The notes beneath the pieces were generated by a model, which searched no databases, was not told the DNA's origin, and saw only the letters and a list, made by a program, of their open reading frames with translations. Below, in pieces: positions 12,036 through 26,400 of a stretch of DNA of 45,910 nt (positions within the stretch are counted from its first letter, which is position 1; each line of letters starts with the position of its first letter). The stretch is from Octopus bimaculoides (taxonomy: Eukaryota): positions 160,561,384 through 160,607,293 of the forward strand of contig NC_068983.1 in the NCBI RefSeq assembly GCF_001194135.2, written 5' to 3'. The translations under genes and the position numbers were made by a program.

Positions 12036-13766
12036 CAAAAGGAAACTGGACGATCTCAATGAGGCATGCTTGTCAACCACTATCCCCACACCAGAATGCC
12101 CAACTGTTGTGAAAAGGGGAAGAAACAAGGCATGTATTGTTTTTTTATCACTTGTGATTGTTGCATATAACTCCAGGACCACAAATTTCTATATTACATG
12201 AAAAAATGAATTATAAATTAAGTTTTGGGAGAGTGGTCCGATAAACCTCAAAAGGCCATGCTAAATAGCCTATCTCAGGACATCACTTCACTTATAAATT
12301 AACATATATAGTTGTGTTTTATGTTTTGATAAGTAATTAAAATGCTTGTAGGCCAATATAAGATAGGATAAACTAAAGGTAAATAACAACAGGCCAATGT
12401 ATAACACACTACTGGTGCAAGGGGTGTTCATTCTTATACATTTTATTGTGTATGCATATCTTTGAGTAAAAGCCATTTAAGAACCTTCTGTCCAAAGTTG
12501 AAAACGTTAAAAGCAGGTGAATTCATCAGAAATAACAGCAGGCTTCTGGGTGAAGACCAAGGCTGTTTCTATTGCTTTTCTCACAACATCACTATCCCAG
12601 TTCTAAGGATACTTGAAACAAGTGGAAGAAAAGAAATGAAATACTTCATCCTTAGTGCCAGTGGGACCAGAGCTAATGAAATAAGAAACAGAGAAACAGA
12701 GGGGTCTCCTACTCAAGTACAGAACTGGCAAGGGGTTACAAGCAGTAGTGTTACAACATTGTCTTAGGACAACAGGTAAGAGATGAAGACTAGCAAAGGG
12801 TTGGAGACTGTTGGGGGCCATAAAAAAGAAGAAAGAAGTAGCAAAAAGAAATAATGAGCCAAACTAGAGGCAAACAGGTTGCTGCAGTCCCTTACCAATT
12901 GTGTCTAATGACCTAAAGAGCTAGAACTCTATGGTCATCTAAAGTGATAACAAAGCTCTAATGTAATCTTCTGAATAACTTGTAGTGATGCTTGGAATTC
13001 AAAACCATGATATCTTAATAACAAGTAAAAGGTCACGATATATCAGATAATTTTTGCCTTGTATTCTGACCAATCTGACCGATGCATTTGTGTGATCACA
13101 TGATTTGATTGGAAATTTCCACACAGTTTCTCATCAAAATATGGACATACATTGACATGAATAGGAAAGACAAATCAGAGAAGAGAGAAATTTAACAAAG
13201 TTCATTAGAGATATTCTCATTTTATTGGCTGCCATGTTCAAACAACATCTCATCAACACATATACACACTCCTAGTATACAGCTTAACATTCTCAGCAGA
13301 TAATGTGTGAGATGGCTTTACGTAAATAAATGTGATTTGCTGAAAACTTTTTATGGTGCCATGGTTTCTATATGTGAACAACACTCAGTCTAATCAAATA
13401 TCCATTACCCACTTTAACCAAGCCACAAACCTAAAGAAGAATGAAAATCATCCTGAGATAACTAGGTTAGGCATCAAAACACTGAACCCTCAAACAATTT
13501 GATGATAAAAACATCTCCAGTCTTTCTCGAAGTAAGGGAGCACTCCTCCGAAGAGTGAGACCATTGTCAGCTTGGCTGATGTTATGAGTGCTCAAGAACA
13601 ATTTTGGAAGCTGAAGTTTCTCTGAGTGAGCAGATGTGAGGGGTTGTCCTTATACTTCCCACTTATTTGTAGGTCAGTTAACCTATTTACTTTTGTGTAC
13701 TAAAACCTTGTCTTAATTTATTGTCTTATATTTTGTCACCTACCCGCCATGCATGCACGACAGATT

Positions 13767-14259
13767 GTAAATAATTTAAGAAGAAAACTTGGTGTAAGAG
13801 ATGTCAGATGTTATGTACAAGAGAGAAGACCACACTAGTTTGCTCATGTGATGCGCATGGATTAGGACAGCTGCATAAAAAAGTGCTGAGTTTTAATAGT
13901 GGAAGGAACCTGTGGAAGGGGTAGACCAATGAAGGCATTGGACAAAGTGGTGAGAAAAGTTCTTTGGATGCTGGGCTTCTCTGAGGAAATGATAAGGGGT
14001 TCGGAATTGCGGCAGTTTGTTGTACTTAAGAAGACATACCAATCTAAGTAAAATCCATAATACAGGCTTGTCCTTTACAGGTACTGGTGCCACATAAAAG
14101 CGATCAGCACACTCTGTAAAGTGGTTGGTGCTAGAAAGGGCATCCAGGCATAGAAATTATAAACAATTGGTGTCTGGACAGCTCCCTGGCTGACCAGCTC
14201 CATGTCAAGCCATCCAACCTATGTCAGCATGGAAAGTGGGCATCAATGATGATGATGAT
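13767..14259 (+). mobile_element. 5'-truncated RTE LINE (ORF C-terminus, 3' UTR and (GAT)n tail)
   Basis: Single frame 13767-14051 reads ...FAHVMRMD*DSCIKKC*VLIVEGTCGRGRP...LRQFVVLKKTYQSK*, a typical RTE C-terminus with 3 internal stops. Confidence 0.88.
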
Positions 14260-14349
14260 ATATATATATATATATATACACACACATAGATACATATATT
14301 AGTGTATATGTATATATGTAGATGTAAAAGCAAGTGAAATTATTGTTGT

Positions 14350-14958
<609 letters not shown>

Positions 14959-16698
14959 ATGTATTATATGGTTTGTAACTCTTTTTGCATGACATATTTT
15001 GTATTGCATGTATGGGCCCTTGAGGCCAATAAATAAAAGATTGCTATTGCTGATGTTGTTGTTATTACCACTACTGTTAAACAGATGAGTATAACAAAAT
15101 ACAAACATCGAACATTATCAGTAAAGATTCATTTCAGATATACAGATCTTTAAAATTAACACAGCCTGCCAACATATAATCATTTGTTATTTGCTCTCAT
15201 GCATTTCAGAAAATATTAAGTGGTCACTTGAGACCAGTCAAATTTATTTTTTGTATTGATTTACCAGTATAGATTAGGAAATAAATATCTTATCAATAAG
15301 AGACATGAAATCCATCTTCTACTCATCAGAAAAGAAAACCAAGCTGAAAAATTTGGTTACAAAACTAAATCGTATTTATTCAGTGTAGTCTTATATGATT
15401 GAAAAAAAAAATTAAAAAATCTTCAGCAAATTATAAAGTATATCCCCCAATAAAAGAAACATACACAATGCAATCATCCACTTGTATATTTTAGTTGCGG
15501 TATTTTCTGTAGATGCTAGCAGACAATCATAGCCACGCATGCACAAATGTGTTTGCTCACCCATGTGTTAGCAGATTCATAGTTGAATAAACAGTACCGC
15601 TAGCAATGAACTAATTACACACTATTGATCAGTGAATTTGAGCAACTTGCTCATCAAACAACACAGCCAATCAATAGTTGAGTTTTTGTTTGTCATTTTC
15701 TTCTCAATCTTTTTCTCCCTTTATCTACCAAAATTATACAAATTAAAACAAAATAAAAATAATATTGAAGTATTTCAAATGAAATAAGCTTCAGGTTTCC
15801 AAACTTTAAGTAAATATTTCAGAAATTCAACTAAACTTTATTTCTTATTAGAATTTGTCTGATGTTAATTATTTGTGGTCAAATTAAATTTTCCCTATAT
15901 TTATTTTTCATATGTTGGATGGTTAGATTAATAAAAGAAAAATACCTTGTTTTATCGCAAAATGTTTCCCTGCCTATCTAACATCAATCATAATTATTAA
16001 ATAATGTTGGAACTTCTTTTCAGCAAGATAAATTGATCAGTTAAATATATGTCTTCTACTTGTATATTTCAATCAATTTCAAATTGAACATCTACAAATG
16101 CAGAAATTAAACAATGTATATATAGAAACTAAAAAAATATTAATCAGTTTATATATGCTGGTAAGATTTATCTAATCAATTTTCAATAAATCTATAAGAA
16201 AAATGACTTAAACAATTATCATAAATTAATTTTTCAAGTTTCTCTAATTCAACAAATTTACAGGAAAAACATGGGATTTAATAAAGTCTTCATAGGTTAA
16301 TATCAACCCAGCAATATGTAACTCAGTCTCAGATTGTGTACAATATAAAAATAATATTTATGTGTATCAAAAGTAAAGCTTTTATCAGTAAACGAAAAGC
16401 AGTTTAGTTATTTAGTTATCATCGATGTGACTCATCGTTGTCATTGTTGTCATCATTCACGTCATTGTCTTTATTATCAATATTATCATCAGCATCAACA
16501 TTGCTGTTTTTAAATGACAGCTTTTCAATACTCGCCTTGGACAGATGAAATTTTCTGAAGTAGATTTTCAATGGTTGGGCACACTTCCAGACCGGTTTTC
16601 ATGGTAGATTATAAACAAACAACACTGCCTGTATGATGAAGATACTTCTTAACAATTACAATCTGATATCATGGCAAAATCACACACACACGCACACA

Positions 16699-16749
<51 letters not shown>

Positions 16750-16767
16750 ACACACATGCATGCATCT

Positions 16768-16980
16768 GTAAAAACCATGCCATAACTAACCTCGCCTGTG
16801 CTAGTGCCACGTAAAAAGCACTGAGACCTCTCTGCTGAATGGTTGGTGTTAGGAAAAGCATCCAGCCATAAAAACCATGCCAAAACAGACATAGTAGCCT
16901 AGGGTTTCCTACCTGGCTGGCTCTTGTCAACTGTCCTGCCTATGCATGCATTGAAGACAAATGTTAAACAATGATGATGA

Positions 16981-16983
<3 letters not shown>
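16768..16983 (+). mobile_element. RTE 3' end copy
   Basis: GGTTGGTGTTAGGAAAAGCATCCAGCC motif and (GAT)n tail; preceded by (CA)n at 16681-16757. Confidence 0.78.
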
Positions 16984-17020
<37 letters not shown>

Positions 17021-18284
17021 CAGGGGTTGGACAAAATAATGGAAACACCTTAAAATTTCAAACAAATTTATTTTAATATAGGGTAGGTCTGCTTTTCACA
17101 GTAAGTACAGCATGAATTCTATGAGGTACGGACTTGTACAAAGTTTGAATAGTTTCAAAGGAATGTTACTCTATTCTTCAGCTAAAACAGTCTCCAGTTC
17201 TTATAGTGATTATGGCGGAGGATATTGACACCTTACTTGTTTTTCTAAAATTCACCATAAATGTTCAATAATATTGAGATCTGGGGACTGCAGTGGCCAG
17301 ATAAGCTGTTCAACTTCCCTAGAATTGTTCCTTTTGCCATTCAGTAACAACTTTAGCTGTGTGAATTGGAGCATTATCATCTTGAAAGATTGTGTTTCCC
17401 TTCGGAAACAGTTCCACAGCCATAGGATGAATTTGATCAGATAAAATGCTTAAATAGTTTTGACTGTTGATTCTACATGAAGGGAAAGCATTAGGCTGGT
17501 GGATTTCCAAGATATAGCCACCCCCAGATCATCACGGATCCTCCTTAATGTTTAACAGTTGGAAGAAGGCAGTCTGGGTCAAATGCTTCTTTTGGCTGTC
17601 CCCACACATATACTCAGCCGGTAGTCAGAAATAAAATAAAGGATGACTCATCCGAGAAAATAGCATTTTTCTACTGCTCTAGGGACCAATTCTGTAGGTT
17701 TTTAATCCACTCTAAACACTTAGCAACGTTTGTTTTTGAAAGTAATGGTTTTTTGATTGCTGCCCTCCCGTGAAATCCGGCTTTGTGCAGCTCCCAGCAA
17801 ACAGTTTTTGTGGAAACTGGGTTCTCGAGATGGTCATTAAGCTCTGCAGTAATTTTGGGAACTGTACTTTTGTGATCCTTTCTAACAATTCGCATAAGAG
17901 TCCTACTGTCCCTATCTGAAAGTTTTGGTTTTCTTCCAGAGTTTTGTTTCGACGAGGAGGTTTTTCTCTCTTTCTCAAAGGCTGTCATTACTTTCAAGAC
18001 AATACTTCTTGATACACCAAACATTTCGGGTGTTTTTGTTACACTAGCACTTGCCATATGAGCCCCAACAATTTGACCTCTTTAAAAGTCTGATAGATCT
18101 GTCATTTCAATGAATTTTAATTACCTTTTTCTGATGATATCTGAAAAGAATCAGCAATTTTAACAAAACATTAAGCAACACTAATAATAAATAAAAAAAC
18201 ATAAAAATGAACAAGCTTTTGACAGTTTTATAGATATTTCAAAATTATGATGTTAGGTGTTTCCATTATTTTGTTTAACCCCTG
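17021..18284 (-). mobile_element. Full-length but inactive Tc1 transposon (DD34E)
   Basis: 30-bp TIRs (17021-17050, 18255-18284; 2 mismatches) flanked by TA. Transposase remnant 18105->17073: MTDLSDF*RGQIVGA, GRKPKLS, FSDES, QDDNAPIH, SPDLNIIEHLW, with several stops. Confidence 0.95.
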
Positions 18285-18286
18285 TA

Positions 18287-18445
18287 TATATGACAAGCTT
18301 CTTTCAGTTTCTGTCAATGAAATTTACTCACAACCTATTGGTCAGTTTAAAGCTATAGCAGAAGACACTTGCTCAAGGTGCCACACTGTGGGAATGAACC
18401 TAAAACCACATCAGTGCAAACTTCTTAATCACATAGCCATGATTT
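18287..18445 (-). mobile_element. SINE family A
   Basis: CTTCTTTCAGTTTC...AGAAGACACTTGCTCAAGGTGCCAC...GAACC matches the family. Confidence 0.82.
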
Positions 18446-19338
18446 AGATTGAATTTTTTTTTAATTTAAAGTAATGTGGAATAGAATATAACTTAGAGTG
18501 TCAAAAGAGTTTCTCAGATATGCACTGAGATAAGCTACTTTATGTTATTCTTAGTCAATCTACTTAAAAACTGGTTGAAACACAGGCAGCATCTCAGAAG
18601 TTAACATAACCATAAGCTCATTTGCAACAAAACAAAGCTTGTGTATCATCGTAAGGTCATTTAGCACAATGGAAACTAAAAATAATCAGTCTGTATCACT
18701 TAGGCCAGGAAAAGAAACTCAATATTTCCACTTAATAGAAAAATTACTTGTATTATGTATGATTGATTGAGACATCTTTTACTTACATCACCTTCTTCAT
18801 ATTCCAGCAGAAAATAACAAAATACTTTATTATCATATGCCATATAACTGCAATTAAAAAAGATATCAGATATGAATTAATAGAATAGCTTGGAATGTTG
18901 CAAAATTAAATTCAAAGACAAAGTTTTTGGCAGTGTGACTGCAATATTAATAAAAAATATTGATGGAAATGAAATTATTTACAAGAGAAATAGCATTAAA
19001 ATAATTATAAAGAACAACAAAATCTCTTTACCACATAGCAAATTGAATGTAACACAGATACCTTGTAATTCCTCAAGAAACAATACTACACAGACATCAA
19101 GAATATAAAGTTTAGCTTGTGGTTCATAAAAAAATAATTGTATATAATATAACTTAAGTAATATTAATACTGATAGTAATAAGGATTCCGATGATTTCTT
19201 TAAACCATAAACCATTTGTGAAAACCAATTATCACTGCTGACGTGGGGCAGGGGACAAATGTGGGAGTTCCACTGGGCAACTGATTCAGGGGTTTATCCA
19301 AAAGAAAAATGGTCTGAACAATTATCATAAATTAATCT

Positions 19339-19575
19339 TGTAGTAACGCCTTGTCCCGTGCGCATGCGTAGTCATCAATATCCAAGTTTGGCGCCCTTAT
19401 TCATTCTCTTTCTCGGCTGGCCGACCATGAGCTCAGACGTCCAACAGAGCTCTCTCACATGTCAGCACCAGAGCTTCACAAATAACCACTCTGTAAATAA
19501 ATATTGTTGTGTTGATGGATCGGAATCTGCGTTTCGTTGTTTCTTCAGAATTTAATATAGGAAAGCGGGTGTACA
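19339..19575 (+). mobile_element. Possible solo LTR (alternatively a CpG-rich regulatory element)
   Basis: TGTA...TACA termini, internal AATAAA, locally high CpG. No TSD found. Confidence 0.3.
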
Positions 19576-22059
19576 CCTAATGGTGTATAACTACTTTCCT
19601 ATAATCTTTTAGGTCTGTCAAATTTAACGAATTTAAAAATAAAAAATAAAAGGATCTACCAAAAGGTCTCTTGCAGTATTACATAGGCCACTTTCACTTT
19701 GAAAATTCCCCACAACACATTGGAATTTAACTAGAAAATATTTGTAGACTACAGATGTCATTCTCACCAGGGTTGTTTCAGTTACCATCTTTAGTGCATA
19801 CTCAAAACCTATTGTTCATATTTCTTAGTCATTTTGTAGTATATATTCACTCAGCCCAGCATTCACATTTGAGACAAAGGTGTATTTCAGGAGTATTTCT
19901 GTGTATTAATGTTATTATTGTTGTTATTGTTGTTGCTTTTATTTGAAGCTGGTGACATTGTGTCTGTGATTTGATAGTTGTTGTTGCCGCTGGTTTGCAT
20001 TCTGTTTTGCCGCCCATTGACATTTCTGCATTTTGTAGTAAGATGAATACCAATGGCCGTTTTTCCTCTTCACAACTTCAGTTTGCTATTATCCAGCACT
20101 TTTTCCTTTCATCATTTAATGAGCATCTGAAGGAGACTACGTAATTGGAGAAAAATGAAAAAACCTGATTGATACTTGTGTGTGTACATGTGTCATCTGT
20201 GTTGACATTGGTATTGTTATTTGGAAAACTGCATTCTGCTGCTGACGTATGCATAAACACTCTGCTTCAGTACCTTGGCGTAGATTTGGGTACCTGTTAC
20301 TGTTGCAGTTTCAGTATTACTGCTGCGTCTTTTTCTGTGTGTTGCAACTTCTGTTATTACTGTTACTGCTTCTGTGTAGTTGTGTTGTAGCTTATTATTG
20401 TTGCTGTTGTTAAATTGCAGTTGTAGCTGCATTGTTGGCAGCAGTGCAGGTCAATGTTCACTTGGTCTCTGTGATGCATACAGGGCCTACAGACATTTGG
20501 TGTTAACACATGTGTGGCACTTGGTCATCTGTTATCTACTATAACATGTAGTTCATTTCCATTTCGAGGACTATTTGGTCAGGGATCTTGTCCAAGTTTC
20601 TAGTTGTACCTGGATCAAGAAACCCAATGTCAATTCCAGACCATTTTTCTTTTTCACACCCATAATTGTATTCTCTTTCTCTAGAACAGATTCCACCAGG
20701 TACTAGATATTCAATCTCATCAGCCTATTCATCACTTTCATCTTCATCACTTTCTAACCCAAATATTTTGGAATGAGGCTGAAATCTTCAATCTTAGATG
20801 AAAGACTTCCACTTTTTCCTTTCACCTAGCATTGAATCTTTTTCCTTTCTTTACCATTATGAGAGTGACCCTTTATACTTATGTATATTACCATTCACTT
20901 AATCATTTCCCCTAAGAAATGTGGGCTCTGACTTATGCAGACATACTTGTTGTCTCTCTTCTTAGCAAACATTTTGACCACTCATAAATCTGACCATTTC
21001 TCATCTAGAGGGTGCAGCCTTTATAGTGTTCTTATTGTAGGTACTGTTCATACCATTCACACTCATGCATCCAGCTCTTCCTTACTCAATCTACTCCAGA
21101 AAGGTGCACCCAAAGACAACCATCAGCATATTTTTGTTTTGGCTAAGGCAACAAAACTTCAATATCTTCCTAGTATTACCATTTCAAACTGTTATAAATT
21201 ACTGGCATAATTTTCACTAAAAGGCTGTCATCCAAGTGTTTTTGGAAGTTCTATTAAATCCACTTCATTCAGTACCTCCGTATCCTTTTTATAAGTCAGA
21301 GTTATCAGCATTCCAACAGTGACCATATTGTTCTGCCTCATCTCTGTAAAATCTATGACATTGTCCTGTGGAAAGGACTCTGCTTCATTCATTCAAGCTG
21401 TCTTCTGTTAGGGGTTATCCTTTTTTGGGATGGATTTGTCCCATATTTTGTCTTTTGCACCTTTTCTGACAATTTGGAAATCTTTCTTAGTTTCCATATC
21501 CTCTGCCTCATTACAATACATGCCGCTGGTTTTGACAGGAAGAAGGGCTGTGTGCTCAGTAGACTCTGAGACCAAGCATAAGGTGAACTTCTTCACCATC
21601 TTCAGAACTGTGGTCTATGTTGCTTTAGACACTAGCACTTGTGGTTGGTGTCTCTACTATTATCCACCCAGTTTCTCTTCACTTTTTTCAGTTATACCTC
21701 ATCCTCTGAGTATGATGATATTAATCAGAAAGAGAGTGAGGTAACTTATTTTGGTCTTGGAAAAGTCTGCTAGTCTGGTCTTCTCAGTGAGCAAAAGTTC
21801 CTTGGAAGGTCCTTTCAGAATGTTCTTGTCTACAAGTATCTTCAAGTGATCTACTGTCAGAATTGAACTTAACATTCAGTGTGTCTTGAGCTTGAGCTTA
21901 CATTCTATTTGTATTTTTTAGAGCTTTTTTCCCTATGTGCTTCAACACCATGTTGTTAACATTTGCAATAGTGATGTTGATGAGGTGCAGTTCTTGTGAG
22001 CTTAACTATTAATGTTGTTTTTGTTGTTTCTCTTGGTGTTTTTGCTGCAATTGTTGTGA

Positions 22060-22140
22060 TTCTTGTTGGTTGTTTTACTTGTTGGTTGTTTCTTGTTGGT
22101 TGTTTTACTTGTTGGTTGTTTCTTGTTGGTTGTTTCACTT
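22060..22140. repeat. 30-bp minisatellite (about 2.5 copies)
   Basis: GTTGGTTGTTTTACTTGTTGGTTGTTTCTT repeated. Confidence 0.85.
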
Positions 22141-22275
22141 GTTGATGTGGTTGTAGGTTTGGTTCCTGTTGTGACAGTACTGTTTAGTTTAGTTGTTGAT
22201 AGTGCCAGGCTTTCTAATGGGCTTTCTATTGCTTTGCTGATCTTTCAGGGTTTGGAGATTGCCTCTTTGATTATA

Positions 22276-22470
22276 TTTCCATTTTCCTGTTTCTCAGAAC
22301 AACAATGACAAATGTTGATGGGCTTGTTTTAAGCTTTTCACATGGCAAGATCTTCAAGTCAGAGAAGCTTGAAGTTCCATTTCCTGTTCCTCTGAACAAC
22401 AAAGATAAATACTGATGGTCTTGTTTTAAGCTTTTCACATGACAAGGTCTTGGGCCAGAGAAGCTTGAAA
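22276..22470. repeat. Diverged tandem duplication, period about 98 bp
   Basis: TGATGG(G/T)CTTGTTTTAAGCTTTTCACATG(G/A)CAAG and CAGAGAAGCTTGAA each occur twice. Confidence 0.85.
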
Positions 22471-24089
22471 TAAAGAGAAGAGGTATATATGAATATGTGA
22501 GTGTGTATTTGTGCTTTGGTGACCTTGCAAGAAAGGAGGCAAGGAGCTTTTTTTGACTGTAACAGTAACAGTGAAATTATTTTTCTGAGCTGTGGTATTG
22601 ATCTCTGCTATTATCAGGAAAGAAAATGTCTCCTGATTAAAGCATCAGTCCCAACAGGCAATAATATATCTCTGAAAGGAATGTAGAAATTATCCAAATA
22701 CAATTATCTGGTAAGAGACTAGAAAATAGGGACTGGGAAGAGAAACAGTCCCTATAATAACAGGTGTCTTGACAATGATTAAAAAAAGGCAAGCAAATAC
22801 AAAACTAAAACCCCAGGACTTCAAATATACATAATATCTAGATAATAGGACTACTAGGTGCTGCACATCTATTGTGTAGAGTACTTTCAATATAATAGAA
22901 ATTGCAAAATCAAAACAAAACACTATGTATACACAAGACACACAAAGCTGTGCTTAATACTACAGTGAAAGCCTGCAATTAAAATAAGACTACAGAAAAA
23001 TATTAATAATACATTGCTGGTTTAATAACAATGCTATTGATACAGAGCAACATTGTGGAATAAGACTTCTTCATACAAATGAATTGTCTGACAGAAGAAT
23101 GCTAATAAGTTTTACAATGATTTTATTTAGTACTGTTATATTCATTATTTATTTACACAGAAATAACAAAAATGAGTATGAAAACAGCATTTCAGGTAAA
23201 CATAAAAATATGAATGTTAAGTTCAATTCTGACTGCAGACCAATTAAAAATATTAGAAGTAACCTTTCTCTCTAAAATGCAGCAAAGAGTAAACGTTAAT
23301 TCAATCTCACAGACTGTGTAAATCCTACCAATCTTATCCTTGAAAAGAAAGTGAAATGACATAAAGAACATGGTTGTATTTGTGGTTGATGTTTTTGTTT
23401 TTCTTCCTTGCCTAAAGATTTACACAACAAATTTGGTTTCTTTAAGACATAAAAAATCAATTTAATTTTGTGGTCAACAGTAATAAGTTTGTGAAGAAAT
23501 ATGAAGTGATCATAACATGTTCACGCTTTGCTTATAGTTATAACTAGATAACATCAGCAGACCAAACAATATCAAGATGAAATCTAATTTAAAGTGAATC
23601 TGAAACTTGATGCTACAATATCTGCAAGCTATAATCAATAAAGTTGTTGCAGTGATTTAGTCAGTAAAAACATTGAATCATTTCATCAATGATTTTAATG
23701 TTGCTTTGTTGCTCTAAATGGAGCCATAACTGCTGATAAGAAGAAACAGAAGGAATAGAAAGTATTTGTAGTATTACAGGAGTAGAGTAATAATAATAAT
23801 AATAACAACAACTGAAAGGAAACAACATTTATATTACAGTTGGGGACAAGGAATCAACAAAGAAACTCCTATGTGATGATTTGACTTGCTAGGAGAAGCA
23901 ACAAAAATCTCCTTATCTTACCATTTCTATCTTAAACAAAGGAAGGACATATTGAATATTTTAGTCCTAGAAACATTGTGTCTAAGTAAAAGATAGAATT
24001 GTTATGGCTGAAAACACTTTGATCATAAGTGTGCTTGATCAGGGTTAACCTGGTGTTAAAGCACAAAACAAGAAAGCACAAACATGCAC

Positions 24090-24091
24090 GT

Positions 24092-24142
<51 letters not shown>

Positions 24143-24206
24143 AACATTCACATCTATATATATCTCATGTCAGCATGGAAAATTGACATTGAATGATGAT
24201 GATGAT

Positions 24207-24274
<68 letters not shown>

Positions 24275-24312
24275 CGACGATGACGATGATGGCAATGACG
24301 ATGATGATGCTA
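24090..24312. repeat. (CA)n, then a short RTE-type tail and a long (GAT)n
   Basis: Direct repeats; CATGTCAGCATGGAAAATTGACATTG precedes the (GAT)n. Confidence 0.9.
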
Positions 24313-24534
24313 TATCATAATAATCTAATGTCCCTTTTTCCATGCTTTCAAGTGTCAGACAAAGTTGATTGAAGCAGATTTTCTATGTCCAGATGCCCTT
24401 TCTGTTATCAACCCTCACCTGTTTCCAAGCAAAGTAATACTTTCACCCTGACATGTTTTCACAGACTATTGGAAATGAATGACACTGCTGTGACAGTAAC
24501 ACTCTTTGGAGTCTGTTTGATCATATTTTTGCAT

Positions 24535-24711
24535 ACAAAATAGAGTTCTTTCAGTTCCCATCTACCAAATCCACTTACAAATTCATAGCTATATGGTTGA
24601 CCTATAGCTATGGTAAGAAACACTTGCCCAAAGTGCCACACAGTGGGAATGAACCCCAGACCATGTAGTTGAGATGCAAATTTCTTAAACAAACAACCAC
24701 TCCTGTGCCTA
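24535..24711 (-). mobile_element. SINE family A
   Basis: Near full length, ending CCACTCCTGTGCCTA (the head, on the minus strand). Confidence 0.85.
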
Positions 24712-24864
24712 TAGAGGTATTTGTTGAAGGTGAGTAAGTAGTGCTTTGGATCTTGGTCATGGACACAACAAAATTATTGTACTAAGATTTGAGTCTATGA
24801 TCAACTAAACAGTCAATGCTTTTACACTTTAACCTCACAAGCATTGCAGCTTCTTCAATGATAT

Positions 24865-25160
24865 AATCTCACTAAGCTGCTGCACTGGCTCTTGTGCAGG
24901 TGGCACGTAAAATACACCATTTTGAGCGTGGCTGTTGACAGTACCGCCTGACTGGCATTTGTGCCGGTGGCACATAGAAGCACCCACTACACTCTCAGAG
25001 TAGTTAGCGTTAGGAAGGGCATCCAGCTGTAGAAACTCTGCCAAATCAGATTGCAGCCTAGTGTAGCCATCTGGTTCGCCAGTCCTCAGTCAAATCGTCT
25101 AGCCCATGCTAGCATGGAAGGCGTACGTTAAACAATGATGACAAGGATGATGATGATGAT
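24865..25160 (+). mobile_element. RTE 3'-UTR copy
   Basis: Matches the reverse complement of 45554-45910; (GAT)n tail. Confidence 0.88.
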
Positions 25161-25336
25161 GTCCTTCCTTCTACACATCTACAGATGGCTGAAATTAGGA
25201 GGACCCAAGTCCTGTAATATTTACAACAGATATTAACAAATGACTATTACATCTATGCCCTTACTTTCTGGTGGAATTAGACAAAGACTTGACCAAAAGG
25301 ACAATGATGATTCTGATTTTCAATATCTTATCCATT

Positions 25337-25555
25337 GAGGTGGCGAGCTGCCAGAAACGTTAGCACGCCGGGCGAAATGCTTAGCTATATTTCGTCTGTC
25401 TCTACATTCTGAGTTCAAATTCTGCTGAGGTCAACTTTGCCTTTCATCCTTTTGAGGTCGATAAATTAAGTACCAGTTGCATATTGGGGTCAATCTTATA
25501 AACTGCCCCCCCCCCTTCTCCAAAAATTTGGGGCCTTGTGCCGAGAATAGAAAAG
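25337..25555 (+). mobile_element. tRNA-derived SINE family B with 15-bp TSD
   Basis: TSD AATATCTTATCCATT at 25322-25336 and 25556-25570; GAGTTCAAATTC B box. Confidence 0.93.
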
Positions 25556-25974
25556 AATATCTTATCCATTCCATCATCTAGCATCTGTGATAGTTTGTGA
25601 ACAACACTAGATAATGGATCATATAACCATGGATAGTATAACAGATGTATGGTTAAAGACAATATGACAAATATTCACAAACAAATGATACTATAAATGC
25701 ATTGTAATAGATAATATTTGTTCATTTGCTCAGTTGTTTTAATATACATTTTTCCATGCTAGCATGGGTTTTGCTAGGGATTTATTTTGTGACAGAATTT
25801 GATGGCCAGGTGCATTTCCAGCTACAAACTTTTGCCTGTTTTTAAGCCAGGTACTTTTTATTCCTGAGATTTTCAAAAGCACAGAACAAGAGTTTAATGT
25901 CAACATCACCACTAGTTTGCTCAAGCCATGACATGGTGGTGTATCCACATTCACATATACTGACATGCTCGAGT

Positions 25975-25993
25975 GCGCGCGCACACACACACA

Positions 25994-26036
<43 letters not shown>

Positions 26037-26118
26037 ACACATACACACACACATACATACACACACACACTCACACACATATATACACATTTATACAGAC
26101 ATACTTATTTATATGTGT

Positions 26119-26154
<36 letters not shown>

Positions 26155-26188
26155 ATACATATATATGATATATATATATATATATATA
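25975..26188. repeat. (CA)n/(TG)n/(TA)n compound microsatellite
   Basis: Direct tandem repeats. Confidence 0.95.
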
Positions 26189-26400
26189 CTTTATTTAAAA
26201 GAAGTAGAAATATAACAAAAGACTGTTACCCGGAGTTTCACATTCCCGTTCATCAGACAGTCCGATGAACGGGAACGTGAAACTCCGGGTAACAGTCTTT
26301 TGTTATATTTCTGCTGCTATTAAATAAAGCATATTACTCTACCTCTGGTATTTGAGTACTCTTTTTTCCACCTTGTTGCACATTTTATGTGCTTACTCCG

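Noticed and set aside
12226-12243. GGAGAGTGGTCCGATAA as a Kolobok-like terminus for the THAP relic
   Set aside because: No matching left TIR or TTAA TSD was found.
18131-18150. CTGATGA..GAAA in the Tc1 subterminal region
   Set aside because: No stems can form.
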